Shown piece by piece: positions 41,003 through 51,422 of a DNA stretch of 59,404 nucleotides (positions within the stretch are counted from its first letter, which is position 1; each line of letters starts with the position of its first letter). The DNA lies in NCBI GenBank assembly GCA_044342325.1, contig JBIIPZ010000018.1, forward strand, positions 1-59,404, in the 5' to 3' direction. The notes below the pieces were generated by a model. That model ran no database searches, had not been told where the DNA came from, and saw nothing but the letters and a program-made list of their open reading frames with translations. Both the position numbers and the translations under genes were made by a program. Origin of the DNA: Terrimicrobiaceae bacterium. Lineage in GTDB: Bacteria > Verrucomicrobiota > Verrucomicrobiia > Chthoniobacterales > Terrimicrobiaceae.

Positions 41003-41036
41003 ACCAACTTTTTGGACGATCGTCCAAATTTTTGGT
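41003..41036. repeat. 34-bp palindromic repeat, copy 3
   Basis: ACCAACTTTTTGGACGATCGTCCAAATTTTTGGT; starts 111 bp after copy 2. Confidence 0.9.
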
Positions 41037-41074
41037 CGTGACGATGGGAGCGGCGCAGGCTTTGGGTGCGGCGG

Positions 41075-41962
41075 TTAATTTGTTTCGAAGTGGTCCCAGC
41101 CTCCGGGCCAGTTGGGGGGGGCGGGTTGAGGGGGCGTGAGGGTGCCGATGGGAGTAAGGCGGGTTTTTGGGAAGGCGGTGGGCCAGCTTTTTTGAAGGAG
41201 AGGAGCTTTTGAGGGGGGGATGGCGAGGAGGAGTTCGTAGTCTTCGCCGTCGGAGAGGGCGGATTCGATGTCGGATCCTTTGCGGCGGGGGATGGACTCG
41301 CGGTTGACTTCAAATCCGCATCCGCTGGCTCTGGCGAGGCGGGGGAGGTCGGTGCCGAGTCCATCGCTGATATCCATAATCGCAGAGGGATGGATATTTT
41401 TCGCGAGCCATTGGCCTTCTTTGAGCCGGGGGATGAAGTTGAGGTGGTGGCCTGCGATGGAGCCGCCGAGTCGTCCTGTGACGAAGAGCAGGTCGCCTGG
41501 CTTTCCGCCGGAGCGCGTGAGCAGGTGCTTGGAGTCGATGTGTCCGGTGAGCATGACCGAGACGGCTATGCCTTGTTTTTGGCGGGACATTTCGCCGCCG
41601 GCGATGGTGACGCCAAAGCGGCGGGCGGCGCGGCCAAGTCCACGGTAGAATTTTTTCCAATAGGAAGAATCGAGGTCGGGGGGCGAAAAGAAGGTGATGA
41701 GGGCTTGGTCAGGTGTGCCTCCCATGGCGGCGATATCGCTCAGAGGACGGCAGAGCGCCTTCCAACCGACTTTGGCGGGATCATGTGAACGGAGAAAATG
41801 AACATCCTCTGCGATGCAATCCGTTTTGAGCAGAATAAGCGTGCCGGGTTTTCCACACTTGATGGCGGCGCAGTCGTCCCCCGGGCCGAGCGGTTGATCT
41901 TGCGGAACGGGCACGAGGCGCAGGAGTTCGTGGAGCAGTTTGTCCTCGGCGCAGAGTTTCAT
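41075..41962 (-). CDS. thiL: Thiamine-monophosphate kinase
   Basis: GPGDDCA, KTD...DVHF, LSDIAAMGG, DISDGL, GEDYELL. Confidence 0.93.
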   Translation of the reverse strand: MKLCAEDKLLHELLRLVPVPQDQPLGPGDDCAAIKCGKPGTLILLKTDCIAEDVHFLRSHDPAKVGWKALCRPLSDIAAMGGTPDQALITFFSPPDLDSSYWKKFYRGLGRAARRFGVTIAGGEMSRQKQGIAVSVMLTGHIDSKHLLTRSGGKPGDLLFVTGRLGGSIAGHHLNFIPRLKEGQWLAKNIHPSAIMDISDGLGTDLPRLARASGCGFEVNRESIPRRKGSDIESALSDGEDYELLLAIPPSKAPLLQKSWPTAFPKTRLTPIGTLTPPQPAPPNWPGGWDHFETN

Positions 41963-42744
41963 TTCATGAGGTCGGGCCACTGGAGTGTGCCGTAAATACT
42001 GAGTCCGTTGAAGGCGGCATGCAGGAGTATGGGAGCCCAGAGCGAGCCTGTCTTCTCATACAAAAGTGAGAGGCCCACAGCCAGAATGACCAATCCGGCA
42101 AGCGATGGGATGTGTCCATGGATGAGAGCAAACAATATGGAGGTGACGGCAATGGCCACAAACCTTCCGCCGGTCTGCCTGAGAAATCCGTAGAGGCATC
42201 CTCGAAAGATGAGTTCCTCGGTGAGGGGCGCTGCAACGACGGCTATTAAAATGACAGAGAGGCGATCGCGGAGGCTCTGATGTTCGATCAGGAAGGAGAC
42301 AATCGGCTGGGGTTCGGTTTGAGGTCCAGACAAGGAATATCCGATCCACTGTGCTGCGTAGATCGGCGGCAGGAGTAGAGCCAGAGCCAAGACCACAGCT
42401 ACGAGTCCATGACGCCAGGAAGTCCAGCGCAGCCCGAATGCCTCGATGGGGTTTATGTTTCGAAAAACAAGAAATCCGACGACGAAGAGAATGATCGATG
42501 CGTAGAGCCCGAGCGCGGACTCGATGGCCTTCAGGTCGATCCGGCCAGGAGGGCCTGTGAAGGAGGGAATAGCCATCAAAAGGAAAAAAAGCACGACGCC
42601 TGCTGTGAGCAGGGATTCCGGCCATTTCCAAACTTGCGTGGGGAAGGAATCCCCATGTGCCAAAGCCGACCTCGCGGCTCGCGAAGCCACCTTCAGGTAG
42701 ATGAGCCCGAGGAGGAGCAGGATGGCAATTTTCAGAGACTCCAT
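41959..42744 (-). CDS. CPBP-family (CAAX/Abi) intramembrane metalloprotease
   Basis: APLTEELIFRG, FALIH, LYEKTGSLWAPILLHAAFN. Confidence 0.88.
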   Translation of the reverse strand: MESLKIAILLLLGLIYLKVASRAARSALAHGDSFPTQVWKWPESLLTAGVVLFFLLMAIPSFTGPPGRIDLKAIESALGLYASIILFVVGFLVFRNINPIEAFGLRWTSWRHGLVAVVLALALLLPPIYAAQWIGYSLSGPQTEPQPIVSFLIEHQSLRDRLSVILIAVVAAPLTEELIFRGCLYGFLRQTGGRFVAIAVTSILFALIHGHIPSLAGLVILAVGLSLLYEKTGSLWAPILLHAAFNGLSIYGTLQWPDLMK

Positions 42745-42792
42745 GGTCAGACGATACCCTCCATTTAGCGACCCCGGGCAGCGAAGCTGAGG

Positions 42793-44493
<1,701 letters not shown>

Positions 44494-44528
44494 TCAAATC
44501 CACTGCAATCTTGGAGTAAAGAGTCCCT

Positions 44529-45179
44529 ATGAATCCGAGACCAATCCTCGAACCGCCAAGCGGAGAAAAGAAAGTCCTGCTGCACTCGTGCTGCGCGCCT
44601 TGTTCCGGAGAGGTGATGGAGGCCATGGCCGCCTCGGGGATTGATTACACAATTTATTTTTACAATCCGAATATCCATCCGAGGGAGGAATACGAACTGC
44701 GCAAATCGGAAAACATCCGCTTTGCGGAAAAGGAGGGCATTCCCTTCATCGACGCCGATTATGATACGGACAACTGGTTCGCTCGCGCCAAGGGGTTGGA
44801 GTGGGAACCTGAGAAAGGCGCCCGCTGCACGATGTGCTTCGACATGCGTTTTGAAAGAACAGCCCTCTACGCACACGAGAATGGATTCCCGGTTATCACA
44901 AGTTGCCTGGGAATTTCCCGTTGGAAGGACATGGACCAGATCAACGGATGCGGAGAGCGCGCGGCAGCAAAATACCCCGGCATCAGTTACTGGACATTCA
45001 ACTGGCGCAAGGGCGGCGGGGCCCAGCGCATGTTGGAAATCTCAAAGCGTGAGAATTTTTATCAACAGGAATACTGCGGATGCATTTACTCCCTTCGCGA
45101 TAGCAACAAGTGGCGCCTGGCTAACGGACGGGAGAAGATCGAGATGGGCGTGAAGTTTTACGGTCAACCGGAAGCCTGA
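44529..45179 (+). CDS. queH: Epoxyqueuosine reductase QueH
   Basis: [37 protein letters not shown]. Confidence 0.93.
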   Translation: MNPRPILEPPSGEKKVLLHSCCAPCSGEVMEAMAASGIDYTIYFYNPNIHPREEYELRKSENIRFAEKEGIPFIDADYDTDNWFARAKGLEWEPEKGARCTMCFDMRFERTALYAHENGFPVITSCLGISRWKDMDQINGCGERAAAKYPGISYWTFNWRKGGGAQRMLEISKRENFYQQEYCGCIYSLRDSNKWRLANGREKIEMGVKFYGQPEA

Positions 45180-45184
45180 CGCGC

Positions 45185-46747
45185 TCAGGCGTTGGCGCGC
45201 AGACCGTAAAACTCGTAGCTATCCACAAGCGCAAGCCAACTGGCCTCGATGATATTGTCCGAGACCCCTACCGTGCCCCAGGTCGTGTGGCCATCGGTTG
45301 AAACAATGAGGACGCGGGTCTTGGCGGCTGTGCCGCGTGTGCCGTCGATGATGCGGACCTTGTAGTCTGTGAGGCGGACTTGATCGATCCAGCTGTAAAA
45401 AGGCCGCAAAGACTTGCGCAGGGCGGCGTCGAGGGCATTCACGGGACCGTCCCCCTCCTCGACCGTGTATTCGGCGCGACCGGAAGCGTGGAGTTTGACC
45501 GTGGCTTCACAGGTTGTGAACTCATGCTGGTTCGATTGACGGAACGAGCAGTGGTATTCTTTGAGATCGAAGAGAGGGGTGTGGCGGCCCAGCGTGCGGC
45601 GGATGAGGAGCGCGAAGGAGGCGTCTGCCGCCTCGAACTCGTAGCCTTGGGCTTCGATCTCCTTCACTTTTTTTAAGATGGTCGAGACTTCAGGCGCGCC
45701 TTTTTGGAATTCGAATCCGAGCTCGGCAGCTTTTGCGAGAATGTTGCTCTGGCCTGACATGTCCGAGACAAGGATCGTCTGTGAGTTGCCAACAAGTCTT
45801 GGATCCATGTGCTCATAGGTGCGGGAAATTTTCTGAACGGCATGAACATGGAGACCGCCTTTGTGCGTGAAGGCCGCCGTGCCGACATACGGGGCCCGGA
45901 TGTCCTGCGGCACATTCGCCAACTCATCGACGAAGCGGGAAACTTCGCGCAGTGCGGTGAGATCAGGCACGCAGGGGATTCCCATTTTCACCTGCAGCGT
46001 TGGAACGATCGTCGTGAGGTTGCAATTTCCCACGCGTTCGCCGTAGCCGTTGATGGTTCCCTGAACCTGACAGGCTCCGGCTTCGATGGCCGCGAGGGCG
46101 TTTGCGACGCCGAGTCCGCAGTCATTGTGGGTATGGATGCCGACCGGGCATTTGAGATCGGCGATCACGGCAGAGGTGATGCGGTGAATTTCGCCGGGAA
46201 GAGTTCCGCCGTTTGTGTCGCAGAGCACGAGCAGATCTGCTCCGGCATCCCTCGCGGCGCGGAGTGTTTGCAGGGAATACTCGGGATTGTCCTTGTAGCT
46301 GTCGAAAAAATGTTCGGCATCATAGAAGACTTCGCGGCCGTGTTTTTTGAGATGGGCCACCGTATCGGCGATCATGGACAAGTTCTCCTCGGCAGTGACA
46401 TTGAGAACCTCTGTGACATGCAGGATCCATGTCTTGCCGACGATGGTGACGACCGGCGTTTGCGCCTCCAAAAGCACGCGCACTTGGGCATCCGCCTCAA
46501 CCGCAATGCTGCCGCGACGGGTGCTACCGAAAGCAGCAATGCGGGCATTTTTCCAAGTGAGCTTGGCCGCCTCGGCAAAGAAAGCCGCATCGCGAGGATT
46601 CGATCCAGGCCAACCGCCTTCGATGAAATCGACCCCAAAGGAATCCAACTTTTGAGCCACGCGAATTTTGTCGAGGATGGAAAAAGAAATCCCCGTGCCT
46701 TGGGTGCCGTCGCGCAGCGTGGTGTCGTAAATGGTGACCGGTTTCAT
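45185..46747 (-). CDS. cimA: Citramalate synthase
   Basis: YDTTLRDGTQ, IEGGWPGSNP, YDAEHFFD, HTHND, NGYGERVGN, AFTHKGGLH, GDGPVNALD. Confidence 0.92.
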   Translation of the reverse strand: MKPVTIYDTTLRDGTQGTGISFSILDKIRVAQKLDSFGVDFIEGGWPGSNPRDAAFFAEAAKLTWKNARIAAFGSTRRGSIAVEADAQVRVLLEAQTPVVTIVGKTWILHVTEVLNVTAEENLSMIADTVAHLKKHGREVFYDAEHFFDSYKDNPEYSLQTLRAARDAGADLLVLCDTNGGTLPGEIHRITSAVIADLKCPVGIHTHNDCGLGVANALAAIEAGACQVQGTINGYGERVGNCNLTTIVPTLQVKMGIPCVPDLTALREVSRFVDELANVPQDIRAPYVGTAAFTHKGGLHVHAVQKISRTYEHMDPRLVGNSQTILVSDMSGQSNILAKAAELGFEFQKGAPEVSTILKKVKEIEAQGYEFEAADASFALLIRRTLGRHTPLFDLKEYHCSFRQSNQHEFTTCEATVKLHASGRAEYTVEEGDGPVNALDAALRKSLRPFYSWIDQVRLTDYKVRIIDGTRGTAAKTRVLIVSTDGHTTWGTVGVSDNIIEASWLALVDSYEFYGLRANA

Positions 46748-46845
46748 AAAAGAGCGATCAAACTACCTGCAGGGCAGACTGGGATCAAGAACGCGCAAAC
46801 GCTCCGCTTGACCCCGCTGCGGAGGCGACACATCATTCACCCGTC

Positions 46846-47607
46846 TTGAATAAGTATTCCTCGTCCCATTGGGACATCCAATTTCTCGCCGAAAATCAGG
46901 TCGTTCGCTCGAAGGATTTCGGCATGACCAAGGAAGCAAAGAGCGTGAAGTATCCGATCCGCCTGCTCCGTTACTGGTTCGGATACCAACTCCTCCGCGA
47001 GGAGTCCCTGCGAACGGAGCGTCCACTGGATGTCGCCGAGATCGGCGTTCATGTCGGCCAGATGCTGGAATTTGTGAAATCCGCGCCCAGTGGAGTGAAA
47101 TATGAACGATGGACGGCGGTCGATGCCGTGATGCTGCGCGAGAGGCTTCTGAAAGCTGGCTACACGGATTTTTTTGAAGCGAATCTTGAGGATGCGAAGT
47201 TTGCTCTTCCGCACCAATACGACACCGCAATCCTGCTCCATGTGCTGGAGCACCTTTTCGAACCGGAGGATGTTTTGAAAAAAATCGCATCCGCCATCCG
47301 GCCGGGCGGCTCGCTAATTGGAGGCTTCCCCGTCGTGCCGGGCCCGTTTGCAGCCATCCGCCAGAGTCAGGTTCGTCGCACGGCAAAGCCGATGGGGCAT
47401 GTGAGCGTGTTTTCGCCCGCCCGCGTGCGCCGCATGGCCGAACAGGCCGGGCTGAAAGTGGAGTTCATGAGCGGGGCATTTCTGATGCGAAGCAAGGGAA
47501 GCGCCCTCGAAAACTCTGCCGCCTGGATGCGCCTCAATATTCTTTGGGGCCGCGTCTTTCCAGGTTGGCCCGGCGAAATTTACTGGCTCATGCGCAAACC
47601 GGCATGA
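46846..47607 (+). CDS. Class I SAM-dependent methyltransferase
   Basis: LDVAEIG...GQ, YDTAILLHVLEHLFEP, IRPGG; TTG start uncertain. Confidence 0.7.
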   Translation: MNKYSSSHWDIQFLAENQVVRSKDFGMTKEAKSVKYPIRLLRYWFGYQLLREESLRTERPLDVAEIGVHVGQMLEFVKSAPSGVKYERWTAVDAVMLRERLLKAGYTDFFEANLEDAKFALPHQYDTAILLHVLEHLFEPEDVLKKIASAIRPGGSLIGGFPVVPGPFAAIRQSQVRRTAKPMGHVSVFSPARVRRMAEQAGLKVEFMSGAFLMRSKGSALENSAAWMRLNILWGRVFPGWPGEIYWLMRKPA

Positions 47608-48677
47608 CATTGCCGGAAGCCACGATCACGATCGAACGCATCGCCTACGGCGGCGCGGGAATCGGCCGCCTGCCCGATGGGAGGGTTTGCTTTGTGCATG
47701 GAACGCTGCCGGGAGAGCGAGTGCTCGTGCAGGTGACGAAGTCCAAAAAAAACCTCGTCGAAGCCGATCTAGTGAAGCTTTTAGAGGCCTCTCCCCGCCG
47801 TGTGCCGCCAAAGTGCCCGGTCTTTGGAGAATGCGGGGGCTGCGCCTATCAGCATGCCGACTACGAACTCCAACTGGAGATCAAAACTTCCCAGGTTGCA
47901 GAGTTGCTGCGCCGCATTGGCGGAATCAGCGATGTTGAGGTGCGCCCCATGCTTCCCTCACCTGAGCAGTGGAGTTACCGCAACCGCCTTTCCGTTCATA
48001 CAGACAGTGGCGATGTGGGGTTTTACCATCGCAAGTCGCATCACCTCGTCGATGTCGCGGAGTGTCCGATTGCCAGCAACGAGGTGAATGGGCTCTTGGC
48101 GGAGCTTCGAAAAAAACCGCCGCGCCGTTCCGGTCGCCTGACTCTTCGCGAGGGAGGAGCGGCACGGGGATTCTCACAGGTGAACAGCGGCGCGGCCGAA
48201 TTGCTGGCGAACACAGTTTCCGAACTGGCCGGCAGCTCGGAGTATTTGATCGACGCGTATTGTGGATCGGGATTTTTTTCCAAGCGCCTCCTGCCTCATT
48301 TCAACCGTATTCTCGGCATCGAGTGGAGCGATGGCGCCGTTCGAAGCGCCATGGAGGGAGCCTCAGCCAAAGAAGCCTACATCGCGGGTTCGGTGGAGGC
48401 CCACATCTCACAAGCCCTTCTCGGCGGCACATCAACGGACACCACTCTCCTTCTAGATCCCCCGGCCGAGGGCCTCTCGCCCGATGCCATGCGCGCCGTT
48501 CTGGAAAATCCACCACACCGCATTGTCTATGTCTCTTGCGATCCGGCCACCTTTTCACGGGATGCAAAAAAACTCTCAGCGGAATATCGGATTCAGTGCA
48601 TCCAACCGGTGGATATGTTTCCACAGACGGCCGAAATCGAATTGGCAGGATTGTTCGAGCGCATTCCGCCTGCGTAG
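47604..48677 (+). CDS. TRAM-domain RNA (uracil-5)-methyltransferase (RlmD/TrmA family)
   Basis: TRAM start, CPVFGECGGC, YRNR, FSQVN, IDAYCGSG, LDPP, YVSCDPAT, DMFPQT. Confidence 0.88.
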   Translation: MTLPEATITIERIAYGGAGIGRLPDGRVCFVHGTLPGERVLVQVTKSKKNLVEADLVKLLEASPRRVPPKCPVFGECGGCAYQHADYELQLEIKTSQVAELLRRIGGISDVEVRPMLPSPEQWSYRNRLSVHTDSGDVGFYHRKSHHLVDVAECPIASNEVNGLLAELRKKPPRRSGRLTLREGGAARGFSQVNSGAAELLANTVSELAGSSEYLIDAYCGSGFFSKRLLPHFNRILGIEWSDGAVRSAMEGASAKEAYIAGSVEAHISQALLGGTSTDTTLLLDPPAEGLSPDAMRAVLENPPHRIVYVSCDPATFSRDAKKLSAEYRIQCIQPVDMFPQTAEIELAGLFERIPPA

Positions 48678-48766
48678 AACACAACCGGCGGATTCCCGCT
48701 TTTTGCAGGAACTGTTCCGCTTTTGATGTTGCACCCGACTGCAATGCCATTGAACCTTTGCGCCAC

Positions 48767-49339
48767 ATGTCATTGAGTTTCATTAGGTCTTTTTTACGCA
48801 ATCCCTCAACGCTCGGTGCGATCTGGCCATCGTCACCATTTTTAGCCAAAGAGATGGTCCTTGCATCAGATTTGCACATGGCATCGAGCGTCATCGAGCT
48901 TGGGCCCGGCAGCGGAGCGTTCACAGGACACATTCTCGCGAGTTTGCCAAGTGGCGCACATTTTGCGGCCATCGAAAAATGCCCCATTCTGGCAAAGGAA
49001 GTCTCGGGCAAATTTCCAGATGCCCGGATCATCGAAGGCTGTGCAACGCGCTTGAGCGATCATTTGAATTCGGAAAAGATTCCCCGACCGAATGCCATCC
49101 TCTCCGGACTGCCCTGGGCCATCTTCGATCAGAAACTGCAAAATTCCATTCTCGGCGAGATTCACTCGACATTGGCAGATGGCGGGGTCTTTTCCACTTT
49201 TGCGTATTATGGCCCCCACCGTTTAAGGTCTGGACAGAGGTTTCGTAAAAATCTCGACCGCACCTTTAGCGATGTGCGCAGGACTCCTGTCGTGATGCGC
49301 AATTTTCCGCCCGCGTTTGTTTATTCCTGCAAACGCTGA
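48767..49339 (+). CDS. Phospholipid N-methyltransferase-like SAM methyltransferase (PmtA-like)
   Basis: FLRNP..LGAIWPSS..LA, VIELGPGSG, ILSGLPW, RNFPPAFVY. Confidence 0.8.
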   Translation: MSLSFIRSFLRNPSTLGAIWPSSPFLAKEMVLASDLHMASSVIELGPGSGAFTGHILASLPSGAHFAAIEKCPILAKEVSGKFPDARIIEGCATRLSDHLNSEKIPRPNAILSGLPWAIFDQKLQNSILGEIHSTLADGGVFSTFAYYGPHRLRSGQRFRKNLDRTFSDVRRTPVVMRNFPPAFVYSCKR

Positions 49340-49890
49340 ATCTCTCTTAGAACTTCGGCGAGCCGCTCCATAGGGAGGCCGATCACATTGCTCAGCGAGC
49401 CTTCGATTTTTTTTATGAGACGGCCTCCGTCATCTTGGGCCGCGTAGCCGCCTGCCTTGTCGAGGGGATTTATGGAACAAAGATAAGCCTCGATGGATTC
49501 GGGCGTGAGATCATGGAAAGTGACCATCGAGAATTCAGAAAATTCCACGGAAGCCGAGCGACTGCCCACGACCACTCCAGTGACCACTTGATGGGTTCGG
49601 CCGACGAGTGATGCCAACATTTTTCGGGCTTCGGGAAAATCCGCAGGCTTGCCGTAAAATCGACCTCCGAGCCAAACCACCGTATCCGCAGCCACAATCA
49701 AATCCCCAGGGCGGCGTGCGGAAATTGCCTGCCACTTCCTTCGGGCGTTTTCGAGGGCGAGCGCGTCTGGTGTAAGCGAGTGATCCTCTATCTCGTCAGC
49801 TCCCGAAATATCAACCTCGACAGACCAACCAGCTTCTCTGAGCAGTTGGAGGCGGCGTGGCGAAGCCGAAGCAAGAACAACGGACCTCAC
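49321..49890 (-). CDS. maf: Maf-family nucleotide pyrophosphatase
   Basis: VLASASPRR, AADTVV, GKP, DKAGGY, GSLSNVIGLP. Confidence 0.92.
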   Translation of the reverse strand: MRSVVLASASPRRLQLLREAGWSVEVDISGADEIEDHSLTPDALALENARRKWQAISARRPGDLIVAADTVVWLGGRFYGKPADFPEARKMLASLVGRTHQVVTGVVVGSRSASVEFSEFSMVTFHDLTPESIEAYLCSINPLDKAGGYAAQDDGGRLIKKIEGSLSNVIGLPMERLAEVLREIQRLQE

Positions 49891-49905
49891 TTTAAAGGCC
49901 AGGCC

Positions 49906-50199
49906 TCAGTGCTGCTCGATGTCCGTGTCATATGCGCCACGGATGCCTTCGAGCTTTTTGCGCATAGCGCGGGAGGACTCGGGACGGGTGCTGATTTTTG
50001 AAGCGATGCCCCAGACAATCGGAACAAGGGCGGCGGCGCCCAGAGTGATCAAAGCCACACCGGCGTTGCGGCGGGCATTATGGCCGATATTGTCGGCAAC
50101 AAGAAAGCCAGCGCCGAGACCGATTGCGACCTGCGAAAAACCCACGATTCCAGAGACCGGAAGGTTTTCGCCAAATTTGTCCAAGGAAAGCTGTGACAT
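49906..50199 (-). CDS. Small hypothetical membrane protein
   Basis: 97-aa ORF with two hydrophobic segments that fills the gap between maf and ruvX. Confidence 0.6.
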   Translation of the reverse strand: MSQLSLDKFGENLPVSGIVGFSQVAIGLGAGFLVADNIGHNARRNAGVALITLGAAALVPIVWGIASKISTRPESSRAMRKKLEGIRGAYDTDIEQH

Positions 50200-50242
50200 G
50201 GTGATTGAAGCTAAGCAGGCAGTATGGGACTTTCAACTCCAA

Positions 50243-50653
50243 ATGAAAAAAGCCATCGGCATTGATCTTGGCGACGCCCGCGTGGGGGTTGCAATAAGCG
50301 ACGATCTCGGAATGCTCGCACATCCGCTCGAAACGATCCCAACAAAGTCCAGCGATGTGCTCAAACGCGTCCTCGCGCTCGCAACCGAACGCGGTGCGGG
50401 AACGATCGTCGTCGGCATGCCGAGAAACATGAACGGCACCTTCGGACCTGCTGCGGAGAAAGCGAAGGCCTTTATCGATGAACTCCGGCGTGAAACCACG
50501 ATCCCAGTTGTTTCTTGGGATGAAAGAATGACCACGGTCTCAGCGCAGCGTGCGCTGCAGGAGGCAGGCCGAAACACCAGAAAGCAACGCCCCGTAATCG
50601 ACCAAGTCGCCGCCCAGATTATTCTTCAAAGCTGGCTCGATTCGCAGGGATGA
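50243..50653 (+). CDS. ruvX: YqgF/RuvX pre-16S rRNA nuclease
   Basis: IGIDLGDARVGVAISD, VVGMP, WDERMTT, IDQVAAQIILQSWLD. Confidence 0.93.
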   Translation: MKKAIGIDLGDARVGVAISDDLGMLAHPLETIPTKSSDVLKRVLALATERGAGTIVVGMPRNMNGTFGPAAEKAKAFIDELRRETTIPVVSWDERMTTVSAQRALQEAGRNTRKQRPVIDQVAAQIILQSWLDSQG

Positions 50654-51384
50654 GATTGCAACTGCAGATCGCCTATCACGGAGGCGGGCTGAATGGATGG
50701 CAAAGCCAAGCCTGCCGAAATACGGTGCAGGATTACTTGGAAAAGGCCTTTCTCGCACTCTGTCAGGAGCGCATCATCGTGCATGGCTCGGGCCGAACGG
50801 ATGCTGGCGTCCACGCCGAGGCGCAATGCGCGCATGCTGATGTCCCAAGCGAGCGCTTGAGCCTTAGGGAATGGTTGCCGGCGCTGAATGCCCACCTGCC
50901 CGAGACGATCCGAGTCATGAAAATCCAGGAAGCTCCAAGCGACTTCCACGCTCGATTTTCGGCGAAGGGAAAAATCTATCGCTACACCATTTGGCATGGC
51001 TCTGCGCTGCATCCCTTGATGAAAGACCGTGCTTGGCATGTGCCGAGAGCATTGGATTTTGAAAAGCTCCAGCGTGCTTGCGACCTCTTCACCGGCACAC
51101 ACGACTTCGCCGCATTTTCGCTCAGGAGATCAAATGGTCCCGAGCAAACGGTGCGAACCATCCATTGCATCGAAAATCACATAGCGGAGGAAAAAATCGA
51201 TCTCACTTTTGAAGGCGAGGGCTTCCTCTACAAAATGGTTAGAATCCTCAGTGCAGCCATCATTCGCCATGCCAGCGGCAAAGTAGAAATCGAGGAACTT
51301 GCTGAACACCTTCGCTCAGCCACGCCAGCATTTATGCATACCGCACCGGCAGCCGGACTTTGTCTTGTGAGTGTTATTTATTGA
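50650..51384 (+). CDS. truA: tRNA pseudouridine(38-40) synthase
   Basis: GWQSQ, GSGRTDAGVHA, FHARF, GTHDFAAF, GFLYKMVR, TAPAAGL. Confidence 0.95.
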   Translation: MRLQLQIAYHGGGLNGWQSQACRNTVQDYLEKAFLALCQERIIVHGSGRTDAGVHAEAQCAHADVPSERLSLREWLPALNAHLPETIRVMKIQEAPSDFHARFSAKGKIYRYTIWHGSALHPLMKDRAWHVPRALDFEKLQRACDLFTGTHDFAAFSLRRSNGPEQTVRTIHCIENHIAEEKIDLTFEGEGFLYKMVRILSAAIIRHASGKVEIEELAEHLRSATPAFMHTAPAAGLCLVSVIY

Positions 51385-51422
51385 GCGACTTGAAAATCCC
51401 TCTTCTGTTGTTAGCCTGCGGC

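Noticed and set aside
39998..41036. CRISPR array with cas2
   Set aside because: Only 2-3 repeats per site; the gaps are 77 bp or a whole gene; the repeats are full-length palindromes; there is no cas1 or effector gene; and the Cas2-like domain is embedded in a PaaX architecture.
46001..46013. Other ACGATCGT cores (here and near 19314)
   Set aside because: They lack the ACCAAAAA/TTTTTGGT arms, so they were not counted as repeat copies.
47969..48766. N-terminal extensions in the ORF track (47969, 30777, 33571, 24459, 39920, 49919, 20122)
   Set aside because: They overlap neighbouring real genes; recognisable homology starts at downstream start codons.
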